Program-made: the position numbers and the translations under genes
Assembly (NCBI GenBank): GCA_044225365.1
Contig: JBGAIQ010000002.1
Span: 160,001-224,000 of the forward strand
From: Planctomycetota bacterium
GTDB lineage: Bacteria > Planctomycetota > B15-G4 > JADJEK01
Direction: 5' to 3'
Length of the DNA: 64,000 bases
Notes under the pieces: generated by a model
Seen by the model: the letters and a program-made list of their open reading frames with translations, nothing else
Told to the model about the DNA's origin: nothing
Databases searched by the model: none
Part shown: in pieces, positions 40,029 through 50,290 of the stretch
Layout: every line of letters begins with the position of its first letter
Position numbering within the stretch: position 1 is the first letter of the stretch

Positions 40029-40145
40029 GCCGCGTCCCGTAGTTCGCGCAAGATTCTCACAGGGACCCGATTCGAGCCCGTATGCGGCGTCGAATCGGGT
40101 CCCTTGCGTTCTTTCACGATTGCAAAAAATCCTGCAGAAAGACTT

Positions 40146-40172
40146 GGAACCCTGCGCGACGACCAACGTAAC
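40146..40172 (+). promoter_or_regulatory. ECF-type promoter candidate
   Basis: GGAAC-N16-CGTAAC with an A-rich upstream tract. Confidence 0.5.
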
Positions 40173-40176
40173 TAAG

Positions 40177-40310
40177 GCCGATCCATCGAACATCAAAGGG
40201 CTCGGCGTTCGGGCCCCACCGGCGTGGGCGTTGGCAGCGGCCGCCTGCGCTGGTGCTTACAAAAGAGCGCGCGGTCCCGAGTCTCGGGGCCGCGCGCTTT
40301 TCTTATTTTC
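40177..40310 (+). ncRNA. Candidate ~130-nt structured sRNA
   Basis: Three consecutive hairpins whose non-Watson-Crick pairs are G-U on the + strand; the last is a terminator followed by TTTTCTTATTTT. Confidence 0.5.
40261..40310. terminator. Intrinsic, possibly bidirectional, terminator
   Basis: aaaagagcgcgcggtcccg-agtct-cggggccgcgcgcttttcttatttt between convergent cysK and the S9 peptidase. Confidence 0.8.
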
Positions 40311-40421
40311 GCCGTCCGCGAGCGGCATCGCACGGACTAAGCATTCACCAGGCCAAAGAACTTGGTGGCGAAAAGTCTCGGGCCGCAGAACGCCCATTCG
40401 GCGACCATGTTCTTCGCCGCG

Positions 40422-42473
40422 TCACGGGTGCAGGTGGCGATCGAGGAAGTCGAAGAACACGCGTTGCCAGAGCACGCCGTTCTGCGGCTTGTTGATCCAG
40501 TGCCCTTCGTCCGGGAAGAACAGGAACTGTGCATCGCACCCGCGCAGCTTCGCGGCGGTGAAGGCCTGCATCCCCTCGGTGGACGGGACTCGGAAGTCCT
40601 TGTCGCCGTGGATCACGAGCAATGGCGTGTGCCAGTGGTCGATGAACCGGTTCGGTGAGTTCTTGTCGTACTCCGCCTTCAGTTCCTTGCTCTCCCAGTA
40701 CGGGCCGCCGATGTCGTGATCGGGGAACCACAGTTCCTCGGTGCCGCCGTAGAAGCTCTCGAGGTTGAAGAGGCCGGCGTGGGCGATCATGCAGGCGTAG
40801 CGGTCGTCGTCGTTGTGGCCCATCAGCCAGTAGACCGAGTAGCCGCCGAAGCTCGCGCCAACGGCGCCCACTCGCTTCGAGTCGATGTAAGGCTCCGCCG
40901 TGAGCGCATCGGTCGCGGTGAAGTAGTCCGCCATCGCGCCGCCGCCCCAGTCCTTGCTGATCGCGTCGTTCCACGCCTGTCCGAAACCGGGCAAGCCGCG
41001 TCGATTCGGAGCGACGACGACGTATCCCTTCGCGGCCATCAGGTGGAAGTTCCACCGCGCGGAGAAGAACTGGCTCACGGGACTCTGAGGGCCACCTTGG
41101 CAGTAGGTCAGCAGCGGGTACTTCTTCGTCTTGTCGAAGTTCGGCGGGAAGATCACCCAGCAGTGGAGGTCCTTCCCGTCTTTCGCCTTGACCCAGCGCT
41201 CCTCGACCGTCGGAAGATCCAGCTTCTTGTACGCCTCGCCGTTGATGTCCGTGAGGTGCTTCAGTTGGCCGCCGGCGGTGGGCAGCGCGACGATCTCCGG
41301 GGGGCGCAGCCACGAGGTCTGCGTCGCGTAGAGCATCGAATTCGCCTTGTCGACGACGACGCCCTCGATGTTGTGGAAGCCCGCCGTCAGCGCATCGACC
41401 TTGCCCTTGAGGTCGATCTTGAACAACTGCTCGGCGCCGCGCACGACGGAACAGAAGTAGAGGCCTTGCGAATCGGGTTGCCAGCAGGTGTCGCCAACCC
41501 AGTTGTCGAAGTCCTTCGAGAGATCGGTCACCGTGCCCGTCGCACGCTCGAACAGCATGAGGCGGATGCGATCCGACTCGAAGGCGGGAGTGGCCATGCT
41601 GAGGAACGCGATCCACTTGCCGTCGGGCGAGTAGAGCGGAGCTCGGTCGAGTCCGTCCATCCCTTCCGTGATGCACTTCGCGGCGCCGCCGTGGACGGAG
41701 ACGACGTAGAGATCGGCATCGGTCGATCGCGCCTGATTCGGGCCCTTCTTCGCCGTGTAGCAGAGTTCGGAACCGTCCGGTGACCACGCGATCTCCTCGG
41801 CGCCGCCGGTCGGCACGAGCGGAGAATCGAATCGCTCACCCGCCATGAGGTCCATCGCGTCGCCGCCGGCGAGGCTCTGCACGAACAGGTGCGAGTACGT
41901 CCCGTCGCTCCATTCGGTCCAGTGTCGGTACAGGAGATCGTCGTAGAGCTTCGCATCGACCTTGTTGAGGTCGGGGTAGATCTCCTTCAGGCTTTTGTCG
42001 ACGCGGACGGACGACGTGAACGAGAGATGAGACCCGTCGGGCGACCACGCGAAGTTGTCGACGCCGCTCGCGACGTTCGTCAGTTTCGTCGCTTCACCGC
42101 CTCCGATCGGAATCGCATACACCTGCGGGGCGCCGTCGCGGCTCGAGACGAAGCCGATGCGTTTCCCATCCGGCGACCAGCGCGGTCCCGTGTCGGACTT
42201 CGGACTGGTCGTGAGGCGGGTGAGTGGGGGAGGGAGTTCGGGCGTATGCGCTGCGACGAGGTCGAGGAGGTACAGATCCGCGTCGGATCGGTTCTCCGCG
42301 AAGTCGTAGCGGGTCACCTCGAAGCAGAGCTTCGTGCCATCGGGCGAGAGCTGCGGCTTGCCGCAGCGGGCGAGTTTCCAAAGGGCTTCGGGCGTCAGGC
42401 GCTCGCCGGCCAGCGACCTCGACGATTCGAGGCCCACCACGAGCACGAGTGCAACGCCAAGCGCAATTCGCAT
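40422..42473 (-). CDS. S9-family (dipeptidyl/prolyl oligo-) peptidase with beta-propeller
   Basis: Signal peptide, WSPDG repeats, GGPQS, GASFGG nucleophile, HGDKDFRV, FPDEGH. Confidence 0.92.
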   Translation of the reverse strand: MRIALGVALVLVVGLESSRSLAGERLTPEALWKLARCGKPQLSPDGTKLCFEVTRYDFAENRSDADLYLLDLVAAHTPELPPPLTRLTTSPKSDTGPRWSPDGKRIGFVSSRDGAPQVYAIPIGGGEATKLTNVASGVDNFAWSPDGSHLSFTSSVRVDKSLKEIYPDLNKVDAKLYDDLLYRHWTEWSDGTYSHLFVQSLAGGDAMDLMAGERFDSPLVPTGGAEEIAWSPDGSELCYTAKKGPNQARSTDADLYVVSVHGGAAKCITEGMDGLDRAPLYSPDGKWIAFLSMATPAFESDRIRLMLFERATGTVTDLSKDFDNWVGDTCWQPDSQGLYFCSVVRGAEQLFKIDLKGKVDALTAGFHNIEGVVVDKANSMLYATQTSWLRPPEIVALPTAGGQLKHLTDINGEAYKKLDLPTVEERWVKAKDGKDLHCWVIFPPNFDKTKKYPLLTYCQGGPQSPVSQFFSARWNFHLMAAKGYVVVAPNRRGLPGFGQAWNDAISKDWGGGAMADYFTATDALTAEPYIDSKRVGAVGASFGGYSVYWLMGHNDDDRYACMIAHAGLFNLESFYGGTEELWFPDHDIGGPYWESKELKAEYDKNSPNRFIDHWHTPLLVIHGDKDFRVPSTEGMQAFTAAKLRGCDAQFLFFPDEGHWINKPQNGVLWQRVFFDFLDRHLHP

Positions 42474-42507
42474 CGAAGTCCTCCGCAGTCGAACCGAGAG
42501 ATCGAGA

Positions 42508-44049
42508 TCAATCCAATGAACCCGCCGCGCGTTCGACCATCGCGACGAGCGAGCCGTCGTCGATCAGCGCGACGACCTTTTCGAGATCCGGGGCGACCTC
42601 GCGGTCACGCATCATCGGCTTCACGACGCGACGGATCGCGCGATATGCGGCGGCGGCGCCGCGCCCAGGCTCGAGCCACGGCTTGCCCTGAAGGTCGATC
42701 GCCTGCGCCGCGGCGACGAGTTCGATCGCGAGCACGCGCTTCACGTTCGCGGTCACCTCGAGCAGCTTTCGACCGGCCCACGTCGCCATCGACACATGGT
42801 CTTCCTTGCCCGCCGAGGTCGGAATGGAATCCACCGATGCCGGATGGCACAGCGTCTTGTTCTCCGATACCAGCGCGGCCGCGGTCACCTGCGCGATCAT
42901 GAAGCCCGAGTTCAGGCCCGGGTCCTTCGCGAGGAACGCGGAGAGCCCCGACAGATCCGGATTCACGAGATTCTCGATACGACGCTCGGAGATGTTTGCG
43001 AGTTCGGCAACGGCGATCGCCGCGAAATCCGCCGCGAACGCGACGGGCTCGGCGTGGAAGTTGCCGCCGTTCAGGATCGTCGCGGTGTCGGGGAACAGGA
43101 GCGGATTGTCCGTCGCGCTGTTCATCTCGCGCTCGAGGACGAGCGTGACGTGACCGAGCGTGTCGCGTACCGCGCCATGGACCTGCGGCGCACAGCGCAA
43201 CGAGTAGGGGTCCTGGACCTTTCCGCAGTTCGCATGCGAGGGCAGGATCTCGCTCTTCTCGAGCAACTGGTTCACGTTCTTCGAGACCGCCATCTGCCCC
43301 GGATGCGGGCGCACTTGCTGGATGCGCGGATCGAACGCCCGCACGCTGCCGCGCAAGGCTTCGAGCGTGAGGGCGACGGCAATGTCCGCGGTCTTCGCGA
43401 GATTGCGTGCCTCGATCGTGCCCGCGACCGCGAGCGCCGTCGAGATCTGCGTTCCGTTGATGAGCGCGAGCCCTTCCTTCGGTCCGAGGGCCAGCGGCTC
43501 GACCTTCAGTGCCTTCAGCAGGTCCTTCCCGCTCATGCGCTTCGTCTGATACCAGGCTTCGCCGCGACCGAGGAGGAGGAGCGCGAGATGCGCGAGCGGC
43601 GCGAGATCGCCCGACGCGCCGACCGATCCCTTGGCAGGCAGGACGGGGGCGACGCCCTTCCGGAACAGGAAGAGCAGGCGATCGACGACCTCGCGCCGGA
43701 CGCCGCTGTTGCCCCGCGCGAGCGCGTTGGCGCGCAGGAGCAGGGCGAGGCGCGCGACGTTCGGCGGTAGGGGATCGCCCATTCCGCAGGCGTGGGAGAG
43801 GATCAGGTTCTCTTGGAGTTGCTCGAGATCGGCGTCGTCGATGCGGACCTTCGACAACTTGCCGAACCCGGTATTGATGCCGTAGAGGGCTTCGCCGCTC
43901 TTCAGGTGTTTGACGACGAGGGCGCGCGCCGAAGCGATCGCCTTCTTGGCGCGGGGGGTGAGGACAACGGTGATCGCCTGCCCGCGCAGGACCTTTTCCG
44001 CGGAGAACAACGTAATGGAGCGACCATCGAGCGGAAGCGCGCGACGCAA
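42508..44049 (-). CDS. hutH: Histidine ammonia-lyase
   Basis: YGINTGFG, GSVGASGDLAPL (MIO), KEGLALINGTQ, QDPYSLRC, EDHVSM. Confidence 0.96.
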   Translation of the reverse strand: MRRALPLDGRSITLFSAEKVLRGQAITVVLTPRAKKAIASARALVVKHLKSGEALYGINTGFGKLSKVRIDDADLEQLQENLILSHACGMGDPLPPNVARLALLLRANALARGNSGVRREVVDRLLFLFRKGVAPVLPAKGSVGASGDLAPLAHLALLLLGRGEAWYQTKRMSGKDLLKALKVEPLALGPKEGLALINGTQISTALAVAGTIEARNLAKTADIAVALTLEALRGSVRAFDPRIQQVRPHPGQMAVSKNVNQLLEKSEILPSHANCGKVQDPYSLRCAPQVHGAVRDTLGHVTLVLEREMNSATDNPLLFPDTATILNGGNFHAEPVAFAADFAAIAVAELANISERRIENLVNPDLSGLSAFLAKDPGLNSGFMIAQVTAAALVSENKTLCHPASVDSIPTSAGKEDHVSMATWAGRKLLEVTANVKRVLAIELVAAAQAIDLQGKPWLEPGRGAAAAYRAIRRVVKPMMRDREVAPDLEKVVALIDDGSLVAMVERAAGSLD

Positions 44050-44249
44050 GGCAGACCTCGAGGATTGTGCGAACGGAAGGGATACCGGACCGCGGCTCTC
44101 CCGCGACCGCGCCGAAGGGCGAGCATCCTACCGTGGAGCTTCGATCGTGGGGAGTTTTCGTCGAGGAGTGCTTGGGGTCGTGCCTGGAATCGCGGAGCGC
44201 GAGGTCCGTTCTGACGAAGACGGAGGAGGCGCCGCGCACCTACGGGGAA

Positions 44250-44727
44250 CGAACCGAAGTTTTCCACGGAGGGCCACGGAGGTCAGAGGAGGCTCACGGA
44301 GGGCAGGAAATAGGAAAGGGGGCCGTCTCGGCGGTCCTGACGAATGCTGGCGCCAAGGAAATCGCGTCGCGTGCGGCGGACAGCCCCTTTGAAAGTTCCG
44401 CTCTTCTCCGACCTCCGTGGTCCTCCTCTGACCTCCGTGGTCCTCCGTGTGAAATGAACGACTCCGTCCGCACGGACGGCCGGGCCGCGTGCGTCTGCAT
44501 TCCCGCGTGTACTGTCCGGGACTGATCCGGAGTTTGCCACGGAGGTTCACGGAGGAAAGAGGAGGCCCACGGAGGGCAGGAAGTAGGAAAGGGGGCCGTC
44601 TCGGCGGTCCTGACGAATGCTGGCGCCAAGGAAATCGCGTCGCGTGCGGCGGACAGCCCCTTTGAAACTTCCGATCTTCTCCGACCTCCGTGGTCCTCCT
44701 CTAACCTCCGTGGCTCTCTGCGGCAAA
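44250..44727. repeat. Two tandem copies of the palindromic element
   Basis: Same arms and core (aaagggggccgtctcggcggtcctgacgaatgc...) and same orientation as the 2.7-kb copy; second unit starts ~44518. Confidence 0.9.
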
Positions 44728-44781
44728 CCACCGCTGTGTCTCACCGTGACTTGGCGATCCCGAAAATCGCGGAGCGCTCCG

Positions 44782-46467
44782 TCAGCGCTGGTCGATCCGA
44801 ACGGCGTGGACCGAGGTGAGGAGGCCGCCCGTGGTCATGGCGTTCAGCGGGTGGAAGTCGAACTGCGTCACGAGGCGCGCGATTGCGGGGCCGGAGCTCA
44901 CGCCGTTCGACGCCGCGAGGAAGATCACGCGCTTTCCTGCCAGGACGAGATCGCGAACGGCCGCGAACTCGGCTTCGTCGATCGCGCCCTTGCGGGCGAG
45001 GGCGCGAACTTCTGCGCGACGGCCGTCGCGGCCGTGCAGGTCGTGATCGAGGACGCGGGCATAGTGATAGGGGGCAACCGTGTCGAGGTCGGAGAGGACG
45101 ATCGGGGTTCCATCGGTCGTCGCGCGACGCGCGAGCGAGGGATCGAAGTCGACGAGCACGAGGTCGGCGTGTTCGAGCTGCGGCCGCAGATTCGCGAGGT
45201 CTTCGAGCAACGGTCGCGTCTCGCTGTGGAGCGAGATTCCGGCGTGCGAGCCGCGCATCGCGAAGAAGGTCGCGACGCAGAACAGCGCGACGAAGATCGT
45301 CGCTGGTGCGCGCGCATCATCCTTGGATCGGAGCAGACGCGCACATCCCGCCGTGACCAGGCCCACTCCTGAAGCCGCGAGCGCGGCGACGAGGGGCACG
45401 AGGGGTTCGAGGAAACGCGTGTCCTGCCAGGCGTAGACGAGGTAGAAGCCGACGATCGCAGGCATCGTGAGGACACTCGCGGCGACGAGCGTCGCGGCGA
45501 CCGGGCAACGCCTGCAGATCGCAAGGGCGCGAACGAGGCCGATCAGCGCGAGGATCGCCACCGGCCACGCGTACAGCACACCGCTCAGGCCGCCGAGAGC
45601 CGCGCCGTACGCCGCGAGATTGCCGGTCGGGAAGAGGCCCGCGAGCGGTTTCACGAGGTAGGCGAGTGCGAACGTCCTTCCGCTCGCGTAGAGCTCGGGG
45701 ACCCAGAAGCGGTAGCCGTCGTGCAGGGGATTGCCGAACAGCGATGCGTTGCGCGCGCCGAGCACGACGAGCGCGAGCACGGCAGGCGCGATCGCGATCG
45801 CGGCGAGCTTCGCGCTTCGCCGGCCCTGATCGTCGCGTCGCAGCGCGAGCAACACGAGGGGCAGCGCGAACGCGAGGTTCGTATAGCGAACGAGGTTGGC
45901 GATCCCGACGAAGACCGCTCCGAGGACGAACAACCCGCGCCGCGGCCGCGCTGTTCGCCAGCGCAGCAGCGTCGCGGCGAGCAATACGATCACGAGGCAG
46001 AGCTGCGAAGTCGTCTCGCTCATCGCGAGGAACGACGACTGCACGCTTGCCGGCGAGGTCGCGACGATCATGCCCGCGATGAAACCGCCGAGCGTTCCCG
46101 CAACGAGTCGTCCGAGCAAGGCTGTCAGCAGAACGGCGAGGATCCCATTCACCGTGGCGGCGAGCCACGCGTGCTCGATGCCGAAGATCGCAACGTACGG
46201 CGCGACGATCGCGGAGAATCCGGGCGGGTAGCGCGAGGGATAGCTCACCCCTGCGATGTCGATCCGGAACTCGCCGTGCTGGACGAACGACTCCGCGGCG
46301 AGCGCGTATTCGAGCGCGTCGGGCCGCGGCTCGAGGTCGGGGCCCTCGTGCGCGCCGCCGAAGTACATCTGCCGTGCGAGCAGCGTGAGAAGGAGGAGTG
46401 CGCCGAGGACGTAGTCGAGCGCGCGGCCGCGATCTCGCTTCGCCTGCGAGAACTCCGCCTCCGTCAT
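44782..46467 (-). CDS. GT-C fold (ArnT/PMT-like) membrane glycosyltransferase
   Basis: PDALEY..A, RYPPGF, AMSE, RYTN, RFLEPL motifs with multiple TM helices; ATGA overlap with the upstream gene. Confidence 0.7.
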   Translation of the reverse strand: MTEAEFSQAKRDRGRALDYVLGALLLLTLLARQMYFGGAHEGPDLEPRPDALEYALAAESFVQHGEFRIDIAGVSYPSRYPPGFSAIVAPYVAIFGIEHAWLAATVNGILAVLLTALLGRLVAGTLGGFIAGMIVATSPASVQSSFLAMSETTSQLCLVIVLLAATLLRWRTARPRRGLFVLGAVFVGIANLVRYTNLAFALPLVLLALRRDDQGRRSAKLAAIAIAPAVLALVVLGARNASLFGNPLHDGYRFWVPELYASGRTFALAYLVKPLAGLFPTGNLAAYGAALGGLSGVLYAWPVAILALIGLVRALAICRRCPVAATLVAASVLTMPAIVGFYLVYAWQDTRFLEPLVPLVAALAASGVGLVTAGCARLLRSKDDARAPATIFVALFCVATFFAMRGSHAGISLHSETRPLLEDLANLRPQLEHADLVLVDFDPSLARRATTDGTPIVLSDLDTVAPYHYARVLDHDLHGRDGRRAEVRALARKGAIDEAEFAAVRDLVLAGKRVIFLAASNGVSSGPAIARLVTQFDFHPLNAMTTGGLLTSVHAVRIDQR

Positions 46468-47678
46468 TTCTTCTTCTTCTCGTTCCGCAGATCGCCGTAG
46501 ACGTAGTTGCTGAAGTCCTCGTCGAGCGCGGCCCAGTCGTCGTCGTTGTCGATGACGAGGAGTTTCGCGAACTTCTCCGGCCCGCCTTCGCCCGTCATCT
46601 CGGCCTTCAGGAAGGAGCGGAACTGCCCCTGATAGTGGCCGTTGTCGAACTGGTTCAGGAACTTCACGAGCGCCCAGCCTTCGGCGTAGACGGCGCCGAA
46701 GGTCTGCGCCGCGGCGGGATTCACGTACGCCGCTTGCTGCAATCCGAAGAACTCGGGCGCGCCCATCTGCACCATGCGTTTCAACGACAGGCGCACTTCG
46801 GGATTCTGCATCACGTCCTGCAGTTGGCGATAGCGTCCGTCGACGAATTGCCCGAGGGTGAAGTTGCGCACGAATCGCTTCGCCGTTTCCGAGTACTTGC
46901 GGTCGACCTTGTAGCCATTTGCGTACTCCGCCATGCCCTCCATGAGCCACGGCGACATCGAGAACAGCGCCTGCTGGTGCGTCGCGGCCGCCCAGTCCTC
47001 GAGTTGATGGCAACCTTCATGGAACAGCACGTTCAGGATCTGCATGTCCTGTCCGCCGCGCCACTGATGCAGCCGCCGATTGCCGGGGCTGTAGAACCCC
47101 GCCATGATCGCGGGGTCGGGCAGGCCGAGTCCGGGCTTCTTCTTGCGCACCGCGTTGAAGCTGTCGACCGAGTCGAACACGAGGACGACGAGCGGGTGCT
47201 CCACGTCGGTGATCCCGAGCAGCGAGCCGTACTCCGCCATGAAGAACTTGTAGAGCGCGCCGAGCGTCTCCGCGTACTCGAGCTTCACGACCTCGGGATC
47301 GAGGCTCGGCTTCTTCTCCGACGCGAGGAGGTAGGGGCGGGGAACGATTCCGTCGTCGTAGAAGTACTCGAAGAAGCCCGCGTCGTACTCGTGATCGAGC
47401 TTCTCGGTCTCGATGCGCACCCGATCCTTGAACGTGACGAGAGGTTCGTCCGCGGCCTTCGCGCCGGTGTCGTCGTCCTTCGGCTTCGTGTCCGCCGGCG
47501 GCGTCTTGGGAGTCGTCGCTTTCGGGTCCGACTTGGAGGCAGGGGCGGGCGCCGGAACCGGTTTCTTGTCGTCGGCGAAGCCGAAGAGACAGAGTCCGGC
47601 GACAGCGCTCGTCGCGAGCAGGGCAATCCGGTTCGTGCGACCCATCCGGTCCTTCCGGTTCATGCGGTCCATGTTCAC
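46464..47678 (-). CDS. Secreted DUF1570-like zincin (paralog 1)
   Basis: Signal peptide, AGFY, HEGCH, PWLMEGMAEY, YAEGWALV. Confidence 0.75.
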   Translation of the reverse strand: MNMDRMNRKDRMGRTNRIALLATSAVAGLCLFGFADDKKPVPAPAPASKSDPKATTPKTPPADTKPKDDDTGAKAADEPLVTFKDRVRIETEKLDHEYDAGFFEYFYDDGIVPRPYLLASEKKPSLDPEVVKLEYAETLGALYKFFMAEYGSLLGITDVEHPLVVLVFDSVDSFNAVRKKKPGLGLPDPAIMAGFYSPGNRRLHQWRGGQDMQILNVLFHEGCHQLEDWAAATHQQALFSMSPWLMEGMAEYANGYKVDRKYSETAKRFVRNFTLGQFVDGRYRQLQDVMQNPEVRLSLKRMVQMGAPEFFGLQQAAYVNPAAAQTFGAVYAEGWALVKFLNQFDNGHYQGQFRSFLKAEMTGEGGPEKFAKLLVIDNDDDWAALDEDFSNYVYGDLRNEKKKK

Positions 47679-47727
47679 TCCCTCGTGCGGTTTCCGTGAG
47701 ACACAGAATCGGCGGCGGCTCGTGAAT

Positions 47728-48855
47728 TCACGATCCCTTCTTCTTCGGCTTCTGGCCGCGCAGGTCTCCGTAGACCCAATCGCGGAATTCCTTCTCGAGG
47801 TCGGCCCAGTCCTCGTCGGTCTCGAGGCTCATGATCTTGGCGAACGAATCGCCGCCGCCCTTGCCCTGGCATTCCGCCTGGAAGAACTGGTTGAAGTAGG
47901 CACGGTATTTTCCGCCGTCGTACTCGTGGAGGAACTTCACGAACGCCCAGCCTTCCGCGTACACCGCACCCGTGATCGACTGATTCTCGGAGCTGCCCGA
48001 CTGGTTGTTCTGGGCTTGCTTGAACTTGAAGAAGTCGAGGTAGCAGAGTTCCTTCAGCGAGAGGACGTTCCGCTCGATGTCCGACTGCAGCGCCGAATAA
48101 CGCCCCTGGATGTACTGACCGAGCTTGAACTCGATCACGAACTTGTTCTTCTCCTTGTCGAACGTCGTCTTCCGGGTGTGGCCGCCCATGTAGTCCGCGA
48201 TGCCTTCGGAGAACCAGGGCGTGGTCTGCAGTGCCGACGGGCCCCATTTCTTCGTGGCGTGATGCACCAACTGGTGCGTGCCCTCGTGGAACATCACTTC
48301 CCAGAGATCCTCCTGCCGCCACTGGTAGAGCATCTCGTTGTCGGGGCGGAAGTATCCCGCCATGAACTCGGGATCGGCGAGTGCGAGATCCTTGCGCTCC
48401 TTGAAGAGCTTCTCGTACGACTCCTTGCTGTCGAACACGATCGCGACGACCGGCTCGGTGATCTCCTTCGCGCCGACGAGCGGACCGTACTCGCGGAAGA
48501 ACTCCTGGTAGAGATACCCGAAGATCTCCGAGTACTCCTTCTCGAGCGTCGTGGTGTCGACGTTCTTGGATCGCTCGGCGGCCACCATGTACGGCCGCGG
48601 CATCACGCCATCGTTCGTGAAGTACCAGAAGAAGTCCTTACCGAACATCTCATCGAGCACCGCCATCTTCTGACGCGCGGTCTCCATGAACGCATCGTCC
48701 TGCGGCGGGGCCGCGGGCTTTCCGACATCGTCACCGCCTGGGGAAGTCGCCTTCGCCGGCGCCTGCGCGGGCACGGTGGACGAGTTCGCGAGACCGAGGA
48801 GGGATGCGGCAAGGACGGCAAAGACGGCAAGGATTCGATCGCGAGACGGGATCAC
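47728..48855 (-). CDS. Secreted DUF1570-like zincin (paralog 2)
   Basis: Signal peptide, AGYF, HEGTH, PWFSEGIADY, YAEGWAFV. Confidence 0.75.
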   Translation of the reverse strand: MIPSRDRILAVFAVLAASLLGLANSSTVPAQAPAKATSPGGDDVGKPAAPPQDDAFMETARQKMAVLDEMFGKDFFWYFTNDGVMPRPYMVAAERSKNVDTTTLEKEYSEIFGYLYQEFFREYGPLVGAKEITEPVVAIVFDSKESYEKLFKERKDLALADPEFMAGYFRPDNEMLYQWRQEDLWEVMFHEGTHQLVHHATKKWGPSALQTTPWFSEGIADYMGGHTRKTTFDKEKNKFVIEFKLGQYIQGRYSALQSDIERNVLSLKELCYLDFFKFKQAQNNQSGSSENQSITGAVYAEGWAFVKFLHEYDGGKYRAYFNQFFQAECQGKGGGDSFAKIMSLETDEDWADLEKEFRDWVYGDLRGQKPKKKGS

Positions 48856-48980
48856 GGCAACTCCGGGATCGGGACCAACGGTTCGACCAACGATTCGATG
48901 AGCGGCTCGGGCAGTATACCGTTTGAGCGCGACCAGCGAATTGGCTCGCCCGCACCGAGATGCACTGAGATCGTTGGCGA

Positions 48981-50204
48981 CTACTTCGGTTCCGATTCGA
49001 CTCGACGTGAATGCGCCATGTCTCGCAGGTCGGAGTACACGTAGCGCATGAACTCGTCGTCGAGATCCTCCCAGTCCGCATCGTTCTCGAGGCGGTAGAT
49101 CCGCGCGAAGGCCGTCGCGTCGCCCTCTCCCGCGAAGGCGAGCTTCGCGAACTGCCGGAACAAACCGAGGTACTTCCCTTCATTCGCTTCCACCAGGAAG
49201 TGCACGAAGGCCCAGCCCTCGGAGTCGACGACGTCGAACCGTCGGTTCGAGATTTCGCCGGAGCCGATGAGCGAGGTGCCGCGGAGACCGTCGTCGCTGA
49301 CTTCGAGGAGCGATCGAATCGAGAACGCCTCTCCGGTCTCGATCGCTGCGGTGAGCATGCGGTACGAATCGCCCACGATGCCGCCGAAGCGGTACTCGGC
49401 GACGAACTCGTCCGCAGCCGGCTTCTTCACCGTTCTCTTGAGGTATCCGCTGAAGTAGCGCGCGATGCCGCGAGTGAACCAGAGCGGAATCGCTTTCGTA
49501 TCGCTCCCGCGTGCATGAACGAGCTGGGTGGACAGTTGTCTCGCCGCCGCGAACAGGAGGTGCGTCGGGAGGTCTTCGCGTCGCCACACGAATACCGAGT
49601 CCACGTTCCGCGCGTAGTAACCGTCCGTCTCGTCGGGCGGCAAGAGCCCGAGCGCTCCGATCTTGTCGCGCGGTAGGGATCGGTAGGCCCGATCGAACGC
49701 TTCCTCGCTGGCGAAGGCGTATACGACCCGAGGCGTGTTCGACGGCAGGACCTCCGGCGCGCTGGCGAAGAGCTCGAAGTAGCCCCGTTGGAATGCGGTG
49801 AGCAGGCCGGCGTATTCGCGTTCGATCACCTCTCGATCCGCTCGTTCGTCCTTCTCGGCTGCGACGAAGTAGGGATTCGGCATCACCCCGTCGTTGGCGA
49901 AGTACCAGAACGACGTCGGCGCGAATTCGCGCGTCACGTAATCGCTCTGGCGCGAGACGTTCTCGGTGAACGAGAGGTCCTTCGACCACGGCAGGTCGAT
50001 CGGTTTCTCGCGTTGCTTCCGGGGTCGATCGGGAAGCGCTGGCGGGGGGGACGTGCTCGACGGAACGATCTTCTCGCTCCCGCGCCCGGATGGACTCGCG
50101 ACCGGACGACCGCCAGATCGATAGCAGGCCGCGAGCGCGAGGCACCCCAAGGTCGTCGCCGACGCCAATGCCCATCCCCGTCCGCGTCGTAAAATCGACC
50201 GCAT
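48981..50204 (-). CDS. Lipoprotein DUF1570-like paralog lacking zinc ligands (paralog 3)
   Basis: Lipobox LAAC; same N- and C-terminal blocks as paralogs 1 and 2, but HExxH is FAAAR and EG is RG. Confidence 0.7.
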   Translation of the reverse strand: MRSILRRGRGWALASATTLGCLALAACYRSGGRPVASPSGRGSEKIVPSSTSPPPALPDRPRKQREKPIDLPWSKDLSFTENVSRQSDYVTREFAPTSFWYFANDGVMPNPYFVAAEKDERADREVIEREYAGLLTAFQRGYFELFASAPEVLPSNTPRVVYAFASEEAFDRAYRSLPRDKIGALGLLPPDETDGYYARNVDSVFVWRREDLPTHLLFAAARQLSTQLVHARGSDTKAIPLWFTRGIARYFSGYLKRTVKKPAADEFVAEYRFGGIVGDSYRMLTAAIETGEAFSIRSLLEVSDDGLRGTSLIGSGEISNRRFDVVDSEGWAFVHFLVEANEGKYLGLFRQFAKLAFAGEGDATAFARIYRLENDADWEDLDDEFMRYVYSDLRDMAHSRRVESEPK

Positions 50205-50290
50205 GCGACCACCTCTCCAGAGTCGTCGGTTCCGCTTTCGATGGATCGAACTACCGTGCCGCGCGCGAGCGGTAACCCGGGTAGGGTCGC

